This document shows positions 1 to 14,454 of a stretch of 64,000 bases of DNA, piece after piece. How positions within the stretch are numbered: the first letter of the stretch is position 1; each line of letters opens with the position of its first letter. Position numbers and translations under genes: made by a program. The notes beneath the pieces were generated by a model. It was not told the origin of the DNA. It worked only from the letters and a program-made list of their open reading frames with translations, and searched no databases. Source of the stretch: Octopus vulgaris (taxonomy: Eukaryota); the NCBI GenBank assembly GCA_951406725.2, contig OX597829.1:47492001-47556000 (forward strand), read 5' to 3'.

Positions 1-322
1 ATTATATAATAAAAGTGTACCAGAGGAAATACAAATATACAAGAAAATGGTCCCCACTAGCTTTTACCTAAGTAGCAATAACAACAACAATAAACACACA
101 CACCTACAACTATAAAGCCGCTCATCCCCACCTCTGCTGATTCTTTTCTAAGCACCTGGCTCAAATGGATTTAAAGCGGATTACATGTGAACAGAAGGCA
201 TCCAAGTCCAGAAAGCGAACTTTACTTAATTTTTTTAGCTGGGACAGAGGGTGGGAAGTACTATTTTCTTTGGAGTGTCTCGTTTTATGTTTGGGTTTTA
301 ATCGTTCCTTTTCTCTGTGTGT

Positions 323-360
<38 letters not shown>

Positions 361-916
361 GTATTAGGGAGTGAAGTATTTTGTTTTGTTTTACTCACAG
401 AAAACATTCTTATGTACCTAGGCGGTCAGCTGACGTAATTTGTATAGATTCCACCAAACGCAAACTGACTTGACGCCAGGTAAACACATGCTCATAGGAT
501 AGTAGTGAAAGATACGTACACACATTGGTTTATGTGGGATGAATGAGACAAGAGTGCTTGATGTGTACTGTGAACGCGCTACCTTAATTGTAAGATGGTT
601 GCGCTCACGATTGCAAGATCGAGGTTTCGATTCCCAGACGGCGATGCGTTCTGCTCTTTAGCAGAACACTTCATTTCACATTTCTCCAGTCCACTCTGCA
701 GTAAATGGATAACCATACGACGGATTGGTGTTCAGGGATAAAATTGGCCTGCCTACTTGACCTGCGGTGTGGTATCTTCCGAAAGTTAGAAGAATGCAGG
801 GATGCGTACGGTGACCAGCGACATATAACAGCCAGCCATAATCTGGTTGGTACAGTGATTACGCACACAAATTACAAATACTAAAACACACGCACGCACA
901 CACGCACGCTCGCACG

Positions 917-959
<43 letters not shown>

Positions 960-1266
960 AAACGCTTGCTCAGATAGATAGGTATCACATCACAGAAAGA
1001 CAATGGAGTAGGCTGCCTCTTCCATCATCAGTGGTGGGGAGACATTGGCATGTAAAACATTGCAAGAAATAACAGTCAATATATTAAAATATACACGAAT
1101 GAAGTTAACATTGGCGAGCAAATTAATATTTTAAAGCTACGAACAAACCAACCAACAGGAGTTGCTAGAAATAACAGTCAAAACATTGTTTAAAACAGAC
1201 ATTTATTAGTTTTAAAAAGTTCAAGCACAAAAGTTTGCAATACACTCTAGGATTTTATAAAATAAA

Positions 1267-1950
1267 CTAGCTGTCCCCATACCGTCAAAATGGCGCTTAA
1301 TTGTAGTATTCTGACAATGTTATCTAGTGGTTGCCCCTTGAGATGTGACATCGTTTGTTACTGAAAGAACGCTGGTTTACACATACAAGCATTCATATTT
1401 TCCAGCGTTGAATGTTCACCATCCCACTTCCTTTGCACGCACACACATTCGCATACCTCCCTTTTACATACACATATACTTACACAGAGTATATGTGTGT
1501 GTATACGGTCCCACTACCAGTTTGCCATCACCCCTTCCTTCCTTATTCATCTATCATCCCTTCCTTTCTCATTCATATGTTGTGATGGAGAAAAACACAA
1601 AAGTATTATTATAGTAGATCATCTTTCTCGTATCTCCTTCTTGTGACATGCGCAGCATCTTTGGTTACTATGGAAACAGAGTTTTTTTTTTTGCCACGGT
1701 GAAGTGTAAAATACTCGCTTCTGATTGGCTAAAATACCCAAATTTTGCAAATTTTAAAGGCTAATTATTTTTAAACCATGGAGTTATATAGAAAATGAAT
1801 TTCATTTTCATAATTAGTATACAAAACTCAATCCACACACCAAATTTGAAAACAATTGGAGCAAAATTTTAAACAGTGACGAAAACCACGAGGATACGCC
1901 ATTTCATAAAGTGAATGGCGTTGAAACTAAATACCCACCATTTTATTTTA
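1267..1950 (-). mobile_element. Older Helitron-like repeat
   Basis: Begins a|ctag and is followed by a weak hairpin. Its 1700-1870 part recurs in reverse orientation at about 57495-57655. Confidence 0.4.
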
Positions 1951-3094
1951 TTTAAGCTTTTCTTCAAATTATGATCACATTAAATGCGTCAGTCTTTTCT
2001 TATACATAAGAAATTCTTCACATACATCGAATTCATTCATCATACATCATTTATATATAAATGAGTAGCAAATGTTTATTTCATGAAATATTTATTTTTC
2101 TTTTGTGGGATGGATTTCTAGTTTTAAAGCTGATTTATGCATATCAATGAAATTCTTGTACCAATCTGTAATATATTTTCGTTCATCCTCATACTGTATT
2201 AGAATACATTAACTTAGTTTTTCGGCTGAGAACAAAATTCAACGACTGAAGAAACAATGAAATGTGAGAAATTTTGAGGATAAAAACTACCTCGGCTTTT
2301 CCCTTTTCTCATGAATTATATAAACCAGAGAGGCTGAGGTTTTTAAATTCGTATTATGAAGCTATCTTCTTCTTTTTTATATTTTACGTAACTGCCTCGA
2401 GTTTGTACATTAAAAAATTAGACCGGTAATTAGACTGATTGAGTGAAAGATAATGAAGATTTGGCCAACGTAAATTACTTACGAATTACTCAGAGGAAGA
2501 GGAGCAGCGATTACATACAATATAGGTTTACAAAGATTGGGGGCGATCTATGATCAATGTCACAACGGCCTTCTTCGGCTCGCTTACAAGTTGCAGCTTC
2601 AGGTCAAGACAAATAATTAAGGATCATATTCTATAGTAAGAGAGTAATAGAGCCAAGAACAATATTCAATAAGTTCATTGTATTTTATACGTTGTAGTTA
2701 GACACCGTATATAAATCACGTGTATCAGTTGCAACAGGGTGTAAGTATACAATGTTAAGTGATATAGGATGCGGGAATGTAACTATGTTATCTTAGATCG
2801 TTGCCATTCTCTGCAGGTGTAACATTGTAAACAGTGTACCACAAAGGTATATACTAAGCACTTTTAATTTTGCAGTAGTTATATCTCAGATACACACACA
2901 TACACAGACACATTGATTAGCTTACTTGTTTCTTTAATACGTGATCGGATCATTGCCAACGAGTTTCGACCCAGTCCCTCTCTCCAAAGTATTGATAACA
3001 GCCGGAAATCCGGAGTACTTTTAAGTAATTGAGGAGAACCATTTCAATTTATACGCGAACAATGTATCTCAAATACAACTCGCCAGGTGCGCAA

Positions 3095-3145
<51 letters not shown>

Positions 3146-4254
3146 AATATGGCTCAAACATACTTTCACACACATAGTGAAGTAATGATTATCTCATATC
3201 TTCCATTTTAGTCACCTGTTAAGAAATTAAATACCTCTTGGCATGCAAATATTCTTTCGGTGAAAATGACTAATCTAATCCTGCGTGTTTGCCCGCCTGC
3301 CTGCCTGCCTTCCCGTGTGTAGCTTATGCGTCCGCATCTATGTTTGTCTTCCTTTATTTATCTATTTATTTATTTATCTATTTGTAGTCCTTATATATTT
3401 ATTTATGCGTGCTTATGAAGCTATCGTATTGTTTCGAATAGAAGTGTCTATATTATTATTACGGGTAAAGAGACGCGAGTTTGAGTACGCTTACTTGAAT
3501 ATGAGAGTATGTATGTTAAATCTTGTTTGTATCGTATCCATGCGAGATTTTTTACTCTTAAGTAGTGTGCGTGCGTTCATGTGTGTGCACGCACGTTTAT
3601 ACTCTCGACTCTTTTGAGTGTCTCTGTTTGCCTGTCGGCCTGTCTGAATTTCTATGAATGTGCCTGCAGTGATGATGTATTGGAACTTCACAATTAGGGA
3701 TTTGATTTGTTTTCTTTTTCTTCTTTTTCGTTGAAAATCCTTTACAGTTTTTTTTTCATGCTTTTCGTCTCCGATCTGACACACACACACACTATATATA
3801 TAATACGCCGTACCACTCTATACCACATCATTCCATACACCCAACACATCACCACGCTCCAACCGCCATTTCCACCACCACCACCACCACCACCACCACC
3901 TCCACCACCTTCTCTCTCTCTCTCTCTCTCCCCCCCTCTCTCTCTCTCTATCTCTTTCCTTCTTTAAATCTTCAGTGACCCGGTTCTGGTTATACCATCT
4001 GTTTACAAAGTGATAAAACCTAGCTGGACAGATACTCACACCAGCAGGTATACTCACACATACGAATTGACACACGGACGACGCAGCCGCATACATTACA
4101 TACAGATGTGCACACACACATACACACAAACACACACACACACACACATATACACACAGCACATACCACACATGCATATACTCCCGCCCTTTTTTCTATG
4201 TCCTTTCTAGATTTTTTTTCACTCTATTTCTTTCTATTTTCCTCTTTCTTCATT

Positions 4255-4397
4255 TCCCTTTCTCTATCTCTAACGATTTTATATTTCTCTGTCTCTGTCT
4301 GTCTGTCTCTCTGTCTCTCTCTCTCTCTCTGTCTCTCTCTCTCTCTTTCTATCTCTTTTTCTTTCTATCTCTCTCTCTTTCTATCTCTCTCTCTCTT

Positions 4398-4444
<47 letters not shown>

Positions 4445-4552
4445 TTCTTTCTATCTCTCTCTCTCTTTCTATCTCTCTCTCTCTCTCTTTCTCTATCTAT
4501 ATCTCTCACTCTCTCTCTTTCTATCTCTCTCTCTCTATCTATCTTACTCTCT
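4255..4552. repeat. (CT)n-rich polypyrimidine tract
   Basis: About 300 bp, nearly all pyrimidine. A similar tract lies at 7283-7422. Confidence 0.9.
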
Positions 4553-4625
4553 CGCGCACCCGGTCTCTCTTTTGTCCTCTCCCTGATTATCTCTATTTGT
4601 CACTATTTGTGTCCATTTGATTAGT

Positions 4626-4671
<46 letters not shown>

Positions 4672-4700
4672 CTCTCTCTCTCTGTATGTATGTATGTATG

Positions 4701-4759
<59 letters not shown>

Positions 4760-5309
4760 CAGTCAAATGACAAAGAAGTGATAGATAGATAGATAGATAC
4801 ACAACGCACAGTGTGTGTGTGCGCGTGTGTAAGAGAGAGAGAGGAGAATACATATCCTACAATAATGGCTGTATTGTGTGTGCCCCTGTAAAGTCTCCGC
4901 TGCTGTTTTAGCTATCAAGTATGTGGTGTTAACGAGCGGGTAAAACTGTTATTATAATTACTGCTGCTGTTGTTAACATCTTTTCTTCTCTTTGTCATCA
5001 TTGTTATGAAACATTGCTATTTATTTCGATCATAAATACCAATTACATTCCCTCAAATTTACAAACGTCTTGGTTTGTCTCGAAACAAAACAAAACAAAA
5101 CGAAACGAAACGAAACGAAACAAAACAAAAAATATAACAAAAGAAAAAAATTAAACTACTTCTCTCATTCATATTTCAGCAGATTATTATAGGTTTAGAC
5201 CATTTAGCAGAGCAGATAATCCTATTTAATAAACTGGGTTTATCTTCTGCTGAGTGAATGAAAACACACACACACACACACGCACACGCACACGCACACA
5301 CACACGCAC

Positions 5310-5348
<39 letters not shown>

Positions 5349-5803
5349 CACGCACGCACACGCACGCACACACACACACACACACACGCATGCATGCATA
5401 ATTATACAGGCTCGGCTACAATGGCGATTGCTCCATCTTTACCGATGGTTGCCGTCTCCTTGTGCTTCCTCGTTGTCGATGGCATTTCTAAACTTTCCAT
5501 CCATGACCTCTCAGATAAATATTCAGTCCCGTTGCAGATCTGCATGGTTTGAAGCATAGACGACAGACGAAAGTTGTAAATAATTGGGCGGTTCCAACTG
5601 GTTAGATCTGGCCACGTTACTCACCGTCCTTCCATCGCTATGGCACCTTCTGTAGATGGGACGATAAATGAGGTGACCCACCATAAAGAGACATCTGTAC
5701 ATCATCTGTCCCTAGGTACTACTCAAAGAGGCTCAAAGTGTGGTACTCCTGCTGCATAAATATTTATCACTATAATCCACATACATAAAATACACACAAA
5801 CCA

Positions 5804-6067
5804 CAGGAGGTGGGGTGTGGTAAGAAGCTTGTTTCCCAACCACATGGTTCCAGGTCAGTCCCACTGCGTGGCACCTTGGGTCCCACTGCGTAGCTTCTAC
5901 TACAGCTTCCGGTCAACCAAAGCCTTGTTCCCGTCTAACTCACAAGGCTTTGGTCGGCCCGAGGCTATAGTAGAAGACACTTGCCAAAGGTGCCACGCAG
6001 TGGAAATGAACCTGGAACCATGTGGTTCGTAAGCAAGCTACTTACCACACAGCCACTCCTGCGCCTA
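5804..6067. mobile_element. Two SINE-A 5' halves fused in inverted orientation (hairpin)
   Basis: A + head at 5804-5927 is followed about 12 bp later by a - head at 5940-6067. Confidence 0.8.
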
Positions 6068-6469
6068 TTTTCGTTGTGCCTTGTATTCATTCACTCATAA
6101 AGGGCACAGCAAGATGGGATTCTTTCGCAGTGTCTCGCAACCAGATAAGATACAGAACTCGGTATTGGATGTTGCTCCAAAGCTGTTTAGCAAATAACCT
6201 ATAAAGCGTGGGTTTTTTCGTACCTTTCCCATTCCATATCGGTGTTTCTGCAAATATCATGTCTACTACGCTTTTTCCTTATGTGCTTATGTGAGCGTAC
6301 GCTTGTGTGTGTGCGCGCATATGTATGTGCTTGTGTGTGTGTGTGTGTGTTTGAATACTTCGTAGTAGATGTTGGCATACAAAACATTTGACGAGCCATC
6401 CACAACGAAACTTCGTAGCCAACTCTTTTTAAAATATTTTCTCTAAATCGTGCAATTAAGTAAAGTTTT

Positions 6470-6595
6470 TCAGGGGCCCTTAAAATATCATTGTGGATCT
6501 CCAATTTATTATTTTGTTGCCTGGACCCCCCCCCCCCTAAAAAAATCTTATAAGGACCCTCAGTGGGCCATATGGACCCCAGTTGAGAACCACTG
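6470..6595. mobile_element. Partial copy of the same hAT MITE, opposite orientation
   Basis: Ends gttgagaaccactg and is reverse-complement similar to 40038-40152. Confidence 0.65.
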
Positions 6596-7281
6596 GTTTA
6601 GATGCATAAATTATCCGGCAGATATGTAGTTCAGGCAATATATGATAAAGTCCTACACCTCGTTACCCATGAGATATATATATATATATATCTACGTATT
6701 CAAAGACAGTGTGGTTCAAAAACAAGATGAAGGGAGGTGAAATGAAAAATAAAACACAGAAAGTAAAAAGACCGGCAGAAAGACATTCTCTAAATAAATA
6801 TGTCTCCTGTCGCTTAGGATTGTCAATAGTACAAGAATTTATAGTCCAAAGCTGATAGCAGTGCGACAGGGTTTTTCTTTCTTTTTTTTTTTTTTTTTTT
6901 TCTGCGGCGGGGAAAGAACGTAGAGGAAGGTTAAAGAAGGTAGTTTGAAAGAGTGAACAAGGGATTAGAGGAGAAAGTTACTTACGTATGAATGTGTGTA
7001 TGTGTGTGTGAGAGAGAGAGAGAGTGAGAGAGATGAGTGAGTGAGTGTTAGTAGGTGTATGAGAAAAAGGAAGAGGGTAATTTCTTATTGTAAGGAAAAA
7101 GAACAGCGACTACGTAAGGAAGAAAAAAACTGTAAAGTTGTTACTCTTTAGCTTCAGTTCAACCCTGATCGAACAGATCCCAAGATCAAAGGAATTTATA
7201 GTCAAGGCAATACTGCCCTTTATCTGAGAGAGTAAGATTGACTGACTGAGTGAGGGAGTGTAGTCTGTAGTCCAGGATCAA

Positions 7282-7331
<50 letters not shown>

Positions 7332-7346
7332 ATCTCTATCTCTCTC

Positions 7347-7422
<76 letters not shown>

Positions 7423-7587
7423 TCCAATTTCAAGAAGATAGTGGGGGAGTTTCAAAACATTTAGCTTTTTCTGACAGTTTACAGGCAAACATGTAGAAAA
7501 TCACACGTTGACAGAAAAAAGATGGTGGGAATAAGAAAGAAAAGTGGCTGAAATAATGGTGATATTTCGGAGGGAAAACGACGGAAT

Positions 7588-7621
<34 letters not shown>

Positions 7622-9090
7622 TTAGTTAGTTTCCGAGAAATGAAGTTATCATTATTGTTGACTAGTATATTAGAACCAGTATCCAAAGTTTTTCGGCCAG
7701 TTAACCCTCTAGTCTTCTTCAGATACTTTTAGAATTAAAGATAGATCATAGCATTTACTATTAACATCGTTTCTGCCAAACAAATCTATGAATTCTTTAT
7801 GAAGAAGTTTATTTATTAGGGAGCAGTGTAGAAAAAAAAATGTGTGGAAATTTTATGTAACTCCATGGATTAAGAGAGAAATTTCTTAATCATGTTCAGC
7901 ATTCTGTGAAGTTCAATATCCCATTCTATGTAACATATTTTACTCGGGACATAACGAGCGTTTTCTCATTGAGAAAGTTATTAATGATAGCACGAAACGA
8001 TTTTTTTCTTTTTTCCTTTTTGTCTTTTATTTTCCTCTTACTGTTAATACCGATTTTTTTTTATTGTATTTTTCTAAACTCTGCCTTTAAGTTTCGTTAT
8101 GGTTCAGTAGAGAGCTAACGAGAAAAGGTACTTCCCCTTTTACATAGGCTCTTCTGCTAGTGAAACCGGATACAAGGTCGGGCATAGAGAGATAGATAGA
8201 TGAAACGAAAGGGCAATATATATATATATCAGGGAGTTTAACTAAAATGAAGCTTCTCAAAGCTGACAGAAGATTCCTTGTTCTTTCCTTTCGGCAAACA
8301 GAAGGACGTCTGAACGTTGAAAGAGTAGCATGGAAAATAAGGATAAGGTTTGTGAGAAGGAGTGAGATGGGGGGCGCATTTCTTGCAATTTGAGTAGAAA
8401 CAATAGATACTGGTCGCCTGAGAAAACTTTTCAGATAAAAATCGTTGCTGTGGGATGTTAGCTTTAGTAAGGGTTAGCTATGTCTAAGAAAGGAATGATA
8501 AAAATTAAACTGCCCACACGAAATAATGATAAACATCTTTTCTACTGTAACTTAGATAGGTTTCGGCAAGTTAAAGGCCCAGGCCATGTCTAACTTAATA
8601 GCACCACCTGGTGAAGTCTTTTAGATCGTGATTCACTCCTCAGTCATATATGGGGCACCATGGCCCATTCCAGCAAAGAGGTATTATTGTTGGAGACAGA
8701 TTCGTGTCTGGGATTTTATTTGGAGGAATTTGTCGAGGGAACTTTTGAATTTTATGGGATCTGTGTCTGTTCTGATGTATTTTGTTATAGGCGCAAGGTC
8801 TGAAATTTCGCTGGAGAGAGCTAATCGATTATATTGACTTCAGTGCTCAACTGGTATTTATTTTATTGGCCGCCAAAAGGATGAAAGGTAATGTCGACCT
8901 CAGCGTAATTTGAACTCAGAACGTAAAGACGGACGAAATGGTGCTAAGCATTTTATCCGACGTGCTATCCATTCTGCCAGCTCAATAGTAATAATTATTC
9001 GTATGAGTTATTATTTAATCGTAACTCATTTGTTTTGTAGAACTGATTTCTTGTGAGGTTTCTGTGGTGATTCTATGATTCAGAGAGACT

Positions 9091-9497
9091 CTCTTTACTC
9101 TTTTACTTGTTTCAGTCATTTGACTGCGACCATGCTGGAGCACCGCCTTTAATCGAGCAACTAGACCCCGGGTCTTATTCTTTTGTAAGCCCAGTACTTA
9201 TTCTATCGGTCTCTTTTTGCCGAACCGCTAAGTAACAGGGACATAAACACACCAGCATTGGTTGTCAAGCAATGCTAGGGGGACAAACACAGACACACAA
9301 ACACACACACGCATATATATATATACATATATACGACGGGCTTCTTTCAGTTTCCGTCTACCAAATCCACTCACAAGACTTTGGTCGGCCCGAGGCTATA
9401 GCAGAAGACACTTGCCCAAGGTGCCACGCAGTGGGACTGAACCCGGAACCATGTGGTTGGTAAACAAGCTACTTACCACACAGCCACTCCTACGCCT
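9091..9497 (-). mobile_element. tRNA/CORE-type SINE family A (octopus OR/OK-like)
   Basis: Family structure: aggcgcaggagTGGCTGTGTGGtaag...GGTTCAGTCCC head, ccttgggcaagt CORE-like block, internal (TA)(TG) microsatellite and a (gtaaaaga)n tail. More than 15 full or partial copies occur in the window. Confidence 0.88.
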
Positions 9498-9814
9498 ATA
9501 ATAGAATTCTCATAGAATTCTCTAAAATCTTGTATGTGTGTGTGTGAAAAAGAGAGAGAGAGAGAGCATAAGCCTTTAGCAAGAAAAAAACTAAAAATAT
9601 CATAGAAACAACAAAATTACGAGAAATAGTGAAATAAGACAACGAAAAGCTGTTTCGACTTTTAGCGGCGTATTCTTGCCCATGTGACACACATACAAGC
9701 ATAATCAAACATTTTCTTTTCCCCTCTATCACCTGAAATCGTAAGAGACAAAATACTTATTCCTTTCGTAGTGTGTTCCCAGTTGCTAGCCGGCTCGCTT
9801 CATAAAAGATTAAT

Positions 9815-10232
9815 AGGCGCAGGAGTGGCTGTGTGGTAAGTAGCTTGCTAACCAACCACATGGTTCCGGGTTCAGTCTCACTGCGTGGCATCTTGGGCAA
9901 GTGTCTTCTGCTATAGCCCCGGGCCGACCAATGCCTTGTGAGTGGATTTGGTAGACGGAAACTGAAAGAAGCCTGTCGTATATATGTATATATTTATTAG
10001 TGTGTGTGTGTATTTGTGTGTCTGTGTTTGTCCCCCCACCATCGCTTGACAGCCGATGCTGGTGTGTTTATGTCCCCGTCACTTAGCGGTTCGGCAAAAG
10101 AGACCGATAGAATAAGTACTGGGCTTACAAAAAGAATAAGTCCCGGGGTCGAGTTGCTCGACTAAAGGCGGTGCTCCAGCATGGCCGCAGTCAAATGACT
10201 GAAACAAGTAAAAAGAGAAAAAGAGAAAAAAG
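9815..10232 (+). mobile_element. SINE family A
   Basis: Full-length copy. Confidence 0.88.
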
Positions 10233-10567
10233 AGTAAACTAAATGGGGGCAGTCTCTGCTTGGTCACTCGCCTGCTAAAAATAACCACCAAATTGTACGC
10301 AAATCACACTTCACTAACTCTGAAGAAAAGGCTATATTCGATAATGTTGTTCTGGACATCTCATTCCTGAAAATAAAGATAGGACAATGATGGTAGTAAT
10401 GCAATAATCATAGTTCTGTTTGAAAGAAGCTAAGCAGCAATAAAAGTTTTAGAGATGGAATTTCTAAATCACTAGTAATTCTAATTTTGGCACAAATTCA
10501 GCCATTTTGCGGAGAGAGGACAAATCGACATCGACCCCAGTACTCAAGTTGTACTTGTTTTATCATG

Positions 10568-10802
10568 AAGGCGGCAAACTGGCAGAATCGTTAGCACGCC
10601 GGGCGAAATGCTTAGCGGTATTTAGTCTGCTGCTACGTTCTGAGTTCAAATTCCGCTGAGGTCGACTTTGCCTTTCATCCTTTCGGGGTCGATTAAATAA
10701 GTACCAGTTACACACTGGGGTCAATGTAATCGACTTAATCCGTTTGTCTGTCCTTGTTTGTCTTCTCTGTGTTTAGCCCCTTGTGGGTAGTAAAGAAATA
10801 GG
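10568..10802 (+). mobile_element. SINE family B (tRNA-like head, Meta/Sauria-like central domain)
   Basis: aaggcggc.agcTGGCAGAAtcgttag...GAGTTCAAATTCC, central ctttgcctttcatcctttcggggtcgat.aaataagtaccag, tail aagaaataggta. More than 15 full or partial copies occur in the window. Confidence 0.85.
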
Positions 10803-11125
10803 TACTTGCTTTATCGACCGTAAGAGGTTCAAAGGCAAGGACGAATCTAAAGCCGGAAGAAATGCCGCGAACGGGCATACGATTCTGTCAGCCCGTTGCC
10901 TTCTCAGCCTCTGTTAATAGTTTTTTCTATTCTTTGATACAAGGGCAGCAGTTTTGAAGGGATGGAGCAGTCGATGACATCGACCCAAGTACCGACAGGA
11001 TCAAAGGCAAAGTCAACCACGGCGATTTTTGAACAGTAGCTATTGATAATGAATATTATTTACTCTCTCTCTCTCTGAACAGTATATGAATCCTTTATTC
11101 AGAGCAATTACACAAAGCTATGTAT

Positions 11126-12552
<1,427 letters not shown>

Positions 12553-13077
12553 TACATACATACATACATACAGAGTACAAGACACACACACACACACAAC
12601 GCACGTTTATTTATTTTTAGGGGACATTATGAATGATAGCATTTAAGGAAAACTCTTATCACAACGAATCAAAAACTCAATACAATGCCTACTTCAGCGT
12701 AATTACTTATCACCGACTTCACTGAACCCGTCACAAAATACAAATCGCCACCATGGCTGCCATTGCCTTTATTGAAGCAATCACCTTCTTTATAATAACC
12801 ACACATATCAAGGTGATAAAAATCAGTCATACCTTCAGCCTAAATATATAAAAGATGAATTATATCTAGAACACTCCTTTTGAGATTTTAGGGGTTTTTT
12901 TTTTTGTTTTTCGTTTGGCTATTTTTTTCTGTTTTTTTCCCCCTCTACGCTGTTTGCTTTCTTCTTATCAGTGATCCCTTACTTAGCTCTAATATCGTTT
13001 TCCGTTTAAACAGTATCATGCCGTTGTACGTACATCACTATTGTCAAACTGTTACAGTAGTAACCTGCTGTAATAAC

Positions 13078-13113
<36 letters not shown>

Positions 13114-13121
<8 letters not shown>

Positions 13122-13494
13122 TAAATTAGAGATAAAACCACTATTAGGCAAATCATACAATGAAAAACTTAAGCCAATACATAAGATTAATTAATTTATA
13201 TTATTTTAAGTATATATCAAAATTATTAAAAAAAGATAATTAGTATAACACTACGATCGTTTCATGGCTGTCCAATTCGTAAAAATTCGAATTACAGTCA
13301 TTCTTCAGGTGATTGAAATATTTAACTTGGCGAGGTTTAATTAATCTTATGTATTGGCTTAAGTTTTTAATTGTTTGATTTGCCTAATGGTGGTTTTATC
13401 TCTAATTTAATATAATATAATATTTTACTATAAAATTGGATTCAATCCTAAATCTGATTTTTCCCTGTAAGTTTGGATTTATTCCCTAATACTT

Positions 13495-13497
<3 letters not shown>
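13114..13497 (-). mobile_element. Non-autonomous Penelope-like (pLTR-type) cassette inside a (TA)n tract
   Basis: Inverted arms of about 81 bp (13114-13194 vs 13337-13417), an extension of about 80 bp on one arm, an internal hammerhead motif, and (TA)n on both sides. Confidence 0.6.
13249..13311 (-). ncRNA. Type I hammerhead ribozyme motif (Penelope-like-element type, minimal stem III)
   Basis: Minus strand reads cac CTGAAGA atgactgt-aattcg-aattttta-cgaatt-gg-acagccat GAAAC gatc GTA gtg. This gives a CUGANGA core, an extended stem II, GAAA, a palindromic ACGATCGT stem III, a GUA cleavage triplet and a cac/gtg stem I. Confidence 0.72.
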
Positions 13498-13561
<64 letters not shown>

Positions 13562-14125
13562 CTAACAGAATGTAATGATTCAAATCAAAATAAAATGTTT
13601 AATTGAAATTGGATTTGTAGAAAAATAAATCAGACGTGTAAATAATTTTTTATCAAAACTGACAAGGGAAAGAACTTTGAAATTTAAATTGATTAAAAAT
13701 GGAAAAGGTCATGCAGGGAATCATTTCTGAAAACGATTGTTACCACCGTTAATTGTTTTCGTGCTACGTTTAATAACACTGAACTGGCTCATTGCATTGT
13801 TAGTCTGGACAAACGTACAGACTAACAAGGCCGATATAATAGTTTATTGCAGAAGCTATGATCGACGACGTTTCAGTGGTCACTGTATCAGCATTTTTGC
13901 GTGGGGATGACCTACTCCAATGAGCTTGTCCCCTTTTTAGGCAGTAAAGTACTATTTGAAGAATATTTGGTCGCTATTTCCAGCAGGCCTATCGACTCTG
14001 AAGTGTGCCCTTTCCCTGTTGTCCAGCCCCTGTTTAGCTCTGATTTTGCAAACTTACGATCACAGGTATTCTAGAAAATTACTAGTTTTAAACCTCACAA
14101 CGTGAGATATTCAACAACAGTACTT

Positions 14126-14454
14126 TGTAGTAAAGATTGTTTGCCAACCTAATATGGCAGTCCTGGTTTAGGAATGATGTTGCAGTAATTTAGCCCCAGG
14201 AGATATCATCTCGAGCTGACTATACGATACGATCTGTGTCCTTATATTTTCGAAGAAAGGAATCAAGCACCCCAACTCAGCTCAAAATAATATTTGTGTA
14301 TCGCGATTTCTGGGTTATTTCCTTGTTCGAAAATATAAGGACACGGATCGTGTCGAAAAGCCAGCTGGAGACGATATCTCCTGGGGCTAAATTACAGCAA
14401 CATTCGTCCTAAACCAAGACTACCATATTATGTTGGCAAACAATCTTTACAACA
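14126..14454. repeat. Foldback / MITE-like inverted repeat
   Basis: Arms of about 135 bp: gtaaagattgtttgccaac...gtaatttagccccaggagatatc...gtgtccttatattttcgaa and its reverse complement. Confidence 0.85.

Noticed and set aside
3860-3910. Polyproline ORF (3707-3967) as a possible extra FH1 exon
   Set aside because: It is a (CCA)n microsatellite running into (CT)n, lies upstream of the DID exons, and has no credible exon context.
5400-5760. GC-richer non-repetitive stretch as a possible exon or transposase fragment
   Set aside because: The frames examined are short or interrupted by stops and contain no recognisable motif.
9262-9501. Recurrent ORF motifs such as RRASFSFRLPNPLTRLWSARGYS and RPRKDERQSRPRRNLNSE
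   Set aside because: They are reading frames through SINE-A and SINE-B copies, not a protein family.
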